From NCBI GenBank assembly GCA_965644315.1, contig CBFFRQ010000089.1, positions 558,001 through 622,000 on the forward strand: 64,000 nucleotides of DNA, in the 5' to 3' direction. A program made the translations under genes and the position numbers. Shown in pieces: positions 61,301 through 64,000 of this stretch (position 1 is the first letter of the stretch; the number at the start of each line of letters is the position of its first letter). Source of the stretch: Caecitellus pseudoparvulus (taxonomy: Eukaryota > Protista > Bigyra: Bicosoecida). The notes under the pieces were generated by a model, which did no database searches, had not been told where the DNA came from, and worked only from the letters and a program-made list of their open reading frames with translations.

Positions 61301-61960
61301 CGTACAGCAGCAGTTGGGAGAGCCAGGCTGTGCAGGCTTTTGGACTGCGAACAAACCAGCTTGGCGCCAATCGACCAACTCAGGGCCCAGATCCTGCCCT
61401 GCATGAAAGCGGACCTGGTGGAGCTGCAGCTGCAGCTTGAAGCGTTGGGAGCGGGGGTGCAGGCGTCACGTGCTCTGCTAGACAAATGCCGCGGAGTGCT
61501 GACTGCTGTCATCCAGCACGTTGTACGAGCTGCCAACAAGCTTCTTCCTCGTGTCCTCTCGTCCCTGTTGCCGGGAATTTCCTGCAGGCTCCAGCCAAGC
61601 AAGGGTGAGAGCTTGATGCAAGGGGTGCACTTGCAACCATTCGTTCGAGCAAGCAAGCAGTCAGTGCCTTGGCGGCAGCTCAGTGGTGGGCAACAGGCCC
61701 TTATGACAGTTGCTTTCATGATTGCCATGGCAGAAGTACAGAAAGGCGACATCTATGTGTTTGATGAGCTGGACGCTGCCCTGGACTACAGCAACAGGCA
61801 AGCCGTAGCAAAGCTGGTGCAAGGTGTCTTCGGGACCACTGGGCAAGTCTTGGCTGTGTCCCACCATGAGCACATGAGGATGGCTGCTGCACAGGTGGTT
61901 GTGTCTGAGCTCATGCCGAGCGGCTTCTGCAAGGTGTCCACGTTTGAGCCACAGAGCTGA
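58328..61960 (+). CDS. Divergent SMC-family ATPase (SMC2/SMC3-like), 1210 aa
   Basis: Walker A ITGQNGSGKS, Q-loop IRQDEV, coiled coils, hinge (GYFGRVGDIL; IVTQQG..GRLEGG), signature LSGGQ, Walker B/D-loop IYVFDELDAALD, H-loop VSHH. Confidence 0.88.
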   Translation: MLRSVRIRDFRCAADVDLPLRSGLVAITGQNGSGKSTLLAAILVGLGALPPTNAKGSTLELEVLPSQECESTLHVRFTNGRYSVAHQSSGPFKPLSRRKLQSLLPKVVHIRQDEVSQLLQGASGALLPLVRCASAEGILAACTACTGRLSREEATLADASARVEHIRQCLDAAQAYCDSAPSVRSEPRQLVQALESLPPNIEEMADLHSLIERAQEAEKRAGHAEIKAAKLHAAAEACQARHECALSRFRQLDADMKAAKARELHHKKTQKRLQVLLDQETELQEKLRHAHGLRASLALRASALREGLASATAEEVARHHLQALDEAHSMLDVGIVIDACMQLRAAGIACRAWEAGALQPVTDALGTLTRIAAKAQDCRDQLDFLKEPSSGQETAVILLCQRFCQAADLLQCASLAMKRGNHGIRAFCASSLRDIQTKLQKAVNRFKCACQDVRVAAPGWRLAIGSPLLHRGTGAPFEAYDEASLLEESLEHIDGLGSSDMELVHLLIQGDLESLAQTALGAGLAAEALERDAFACVDGYFGRVGDILRPAFDGDWNRALCVILSPQLCSKLLCADEVAAQELLRIARRQGKRVAVLPAAMLATLDDESRREKAAVLSQLRSLHGEGAALDPACLLPTQSSWGADVAASIAKLQQFLTDRYVFVSNDTVASEALKVLPSCVTIVTQQGNRHHRGRLEGGASGSWSRRCDSTIRCFRAQREQRKAWMELLDACCNLQAACTVHGRVLEACAQVLRVGEQCSASTAGVYAMSSSCRNHWSSFRKRESVVPPAALQLSGIEVDSLSDAEVQLAQCDQQVDSLRESLQALQEEVEMIYTSRSEDFDTEHASVRGQSTLQEARRDLQAAEADLGVAAQLADDGADAGRRQREYADSLHEDARIMCRRFHLERVGASGSVDLSAVRDCLRQMAESSRDLLEAALQAQPTERGIGSPPPQGEPISPTKSDSDILSIFSAVTDLAKQARAAVAGISQARRTAAVGRARLCRLLDCEQTSLAPIDQLRAQILPCMKADLVELQLQLEALGAGVQASRALLDKCRGVLTAVIQHVVRAANKLLPRVLSSLLPGISCRLQPSKGESLMQGVHLQPFVRASKQSVPWRQLSGGQQALMTVAFMIAMAEVQKGDIYVFDELDAALDYSNRQAVAKLVQGVFGTTGQVLAVSHHEHMRMAAAQVVVSELMPSGFCKVSTFEPQS

Positions 61961-62165
61961 CCGTGCGCAGCGCGTGAGGGTTGCGCAGTTGGCTTCCAAA
62001 TTCAATTCTTCTCTGACAGCCGCTCCCGCCTCTCATTTCAGTCGTTGCACTCAAGATAGCTTGAGATTGTTTCGATTGGAACGACGCTTGTCCTGCTGCG
62101 CAGGGGTACCGTTGCAGTTGCGTTGCCAAGCCTGCGCTGAAACGCACGTGCAGCGAGAGGGCGCC

Positions 62166-64000
62166 ATGGCCGCTACCGCTCAGGCGCAGCGGAGCACATC
62201 TGCTGCGAAATCAAGCACGAAAGTCACGCCAATCACACATGCTGCATCTGTGGCGGTGTGCCGCAACTTGCTCCGCGCCAGTGTCGGGCAGGTGAGCCTC
62301 GCCGAGCTGAGCGGCGCACTGCGTTTCTGTAGCCGAGCCGAACGCTGCGCACTGCAGATCTGCTACCAGCGAGGCGTCTTTGATGAGGATGCTTTTGACG
62401 TTGTAAAAATGGCCGGAACAACCGTTCGATGTCTTCAGCGAGCTCCGGAAGGGAAAGCAGGTGCCGCACCTGAGCTGGTCCAAGTGCACCAGCTGGCTCG
62501 GTGTCTGGAAGAAGGCGTGGCGGAAGCGATGCAACTTGGCTACCTGCGCGCAGTGGTGCTTGCATTCCAAGCAGGACATCCGGCAGAGAGCAAGCCAGGT
62601 CACCCAGCGCCTCTCCTGGAAGCGTACACCTTGAAGGTGTCCTACTCCGACTCACACGAAGTCAGCATCGTGCTGCAAGAGCTGGAGGGCCTTCCGCAGC
62701 ACGCTGGGCCAGAAGCCATCTTCAACAACAAAGCTGCCAGCGTCTCGTTGGCCGCCGGCATCAAGGCCCAGGCATCCACGATGATGCGCAGCGTCATCAC
62801 AATGTGCCACACCTTACGCCCGCTCCCAGATGACACCATTGTAACTTTGAAGCTGTACTACTACGACGAGCGGGTTCCAGATGATTGGCAGCCCCCTCAT
62901 TTTCAGGATGTGACTGGGCAGGATGATGTGCTCTTCGAGAGCCAGGCTGGTTTGATCAAGACTCCCATCGGAAAGACCAGCACGTTGCACCACAGGTTGT
63001 CTCTGAAGTCAACCCACCTGCAGAGCATGGAGCTGCCCGGGGAGTCCGAGAATGTGGATGGGGTCATCTGCGACGAGGATGCACTTCCTGTCACGAAGGG
63101 GGGCGGGTTGGCCTCCGAGAAGGCCGCTGCCCTCGCCTCGGCAGATGTGCAAGACCCTGCTCTTCTGGCCAGGCTTCAGAAGGCGATTCTGGCACGTGGC
63201 TCTGTGTCGATAAAGGCGCTAGGAGCCCAGCTTGACATGGCTTCTAGTGCTGTGCAGGCGTGCTTGATTCAACTGGAAGGTATTGGCTTCGTCAAGCGCC
63301 GTGCAGGCTTGGGTGTGCGCTACCAGATTGCAGACGCGGGTGCACTGGTTCGTCCAGCACATCAGCCAGCACAGACGAGCTCAGGCACTGCCAGCCTCGA
63401 CGCCATTCCAGCTGCCCAGCTTGACGCAATGTTGCTGCTGGACAGCCTACACGTTGCCAACACAAACTTCATCACAGCTCGACAGGTTCAGAGTGAACAT
63501 GGGATCTCGGACAAGGCTGTTGCTCAAGCGACCCTTGCGTGGTTGGAGAAGCAGGGCTGCCTGGAGCGCGCCAAACAAGCCAACTTGGGACGGAAGGTGC
63601 TTCGAGACAAGCACGCTCTCAGTTTGCTGTGCAACTTTCGCTCTGCGCTGGTGTCGTCTGGTCGCCGCCTAGCGAGCACGCGGGACACGTCCGCTTACAC
63701 GTCGGAAGAACGGACGCAGCACCTCTTGGCCCAAGCTCAAGCGCGTCATAAAGCACACGTGGCAGCCATGTACGAGTCCGCTGCTGCGGCACGGGTGAGT
63801 CTCCCGCTCGTAGTGTACCCTTGCCCCATACTGAAGCGTCCACACTGCCCGCTCTCCCCCCCTGGCGCAGCAAATGCCCGATGAGACGCCCCACACAGGC
63901 GCAAGCGTGTACCCTAGCTCGCAGTCAGCGAACCGCAAGCGTAGCTATGCGTCGACGCAGCAGGCCACACAACGCACTACGGACTCTGCAGCTCCAGCAG
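62166..64000 (+). CDS. HOP1: Meiotic HORMA-domain protein (HOP1/ASY1/HORMAD-like), 3' partial
   Basis: Introns 62292-62357 and 63795-63870. ICYQRGVFDEDAF, LEEGVAEAMQLGYL, EAYTLKVSY, TLRPLP, LKLYYYDERVPDDWQPPHF, then two winged-helix-like segments. Last exon is open at the window end. Confidence 0.85.

Noticed and set aside
58328-64000. Bacterial defence-system reading (Wadjet/Lamassu SMC, CBASS HORMA)
   Set aside because: The HORMA gene has spliceosomal introns and HOP1-type motifs, the SMC has a eukaryotic-style hinge and head, and no CD-NTase, TRIP13, kleisin or nuclease partner is present.
1-64000. Transposons, endogenous viruses or virophages, rRNA, tRNA
   Set aside because: No transposase, integrase, reverse transcriptase or capsid motifs, terminal repeats, low-GC island or cloverleaf seen.

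Overview
Gene-dense, GC-rich eukaryotic nuclear DNA. It uses the standard genetic code and has short GT-AG spliceosomal introns (mostly 66-104 nt, donors GTGCGT/GTGAGT) and intergenic gaps of 15-700 bp. The host is probably a heterotrophic protist, possibly stramenopile-like; that assignment is inference only. I reconstruct about 23 complete protein genes, one gene (HOP1-like) running off the right edge, and a possible gene start at the left edge. In order: COX6B, a 3.5k-aa Piezo, MTR4, isochorismatase, a Cys-rich GPI-type protein, an unknown membrane-anchored protein, RRP36, an LPCAT/LPEAT acyltransferase, a 70-aa three-exon microprotein missing from the ORF track, PX-PH phospholipase D, a TTL-family ligase, a CRTAC1/ASPIC-haem peroxidase fusion, a YihQ-like GH31, MAK16 (hosting a candidate C/D snoRNA), a complex I NUXM-like subunit, PS synthase, RABL6 with a 162-bp coding repeat, a bPH_2 protein, an S9B dipeptidyl peptidase, an ANK-FN3 protein, OTU1, a KHA-PUB-UBX-CaaX protein, a divergent SMC and a HOP1-like HORMA protein. 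I saw no rRNA, tRNA, CRISPR or mobile element. Best leads: (1) the co-oriented OTU1 / PUB-UBX-CaaX / divergent SMC / HORMA block; (2) the secreted propeller-peroxidase fusion paired head-to-head with a sulfoquinovosidase-like enzyme; (3) an FN3 domain inserted in Piezo; (4) a recurrent (C)AATGCA motif just downstream of stop codons, a candidate poly(A) signal; (5) a recurrent non-coding GTGCGGAAWT motif. All gene models and family calls were made by eye, with no database searches.
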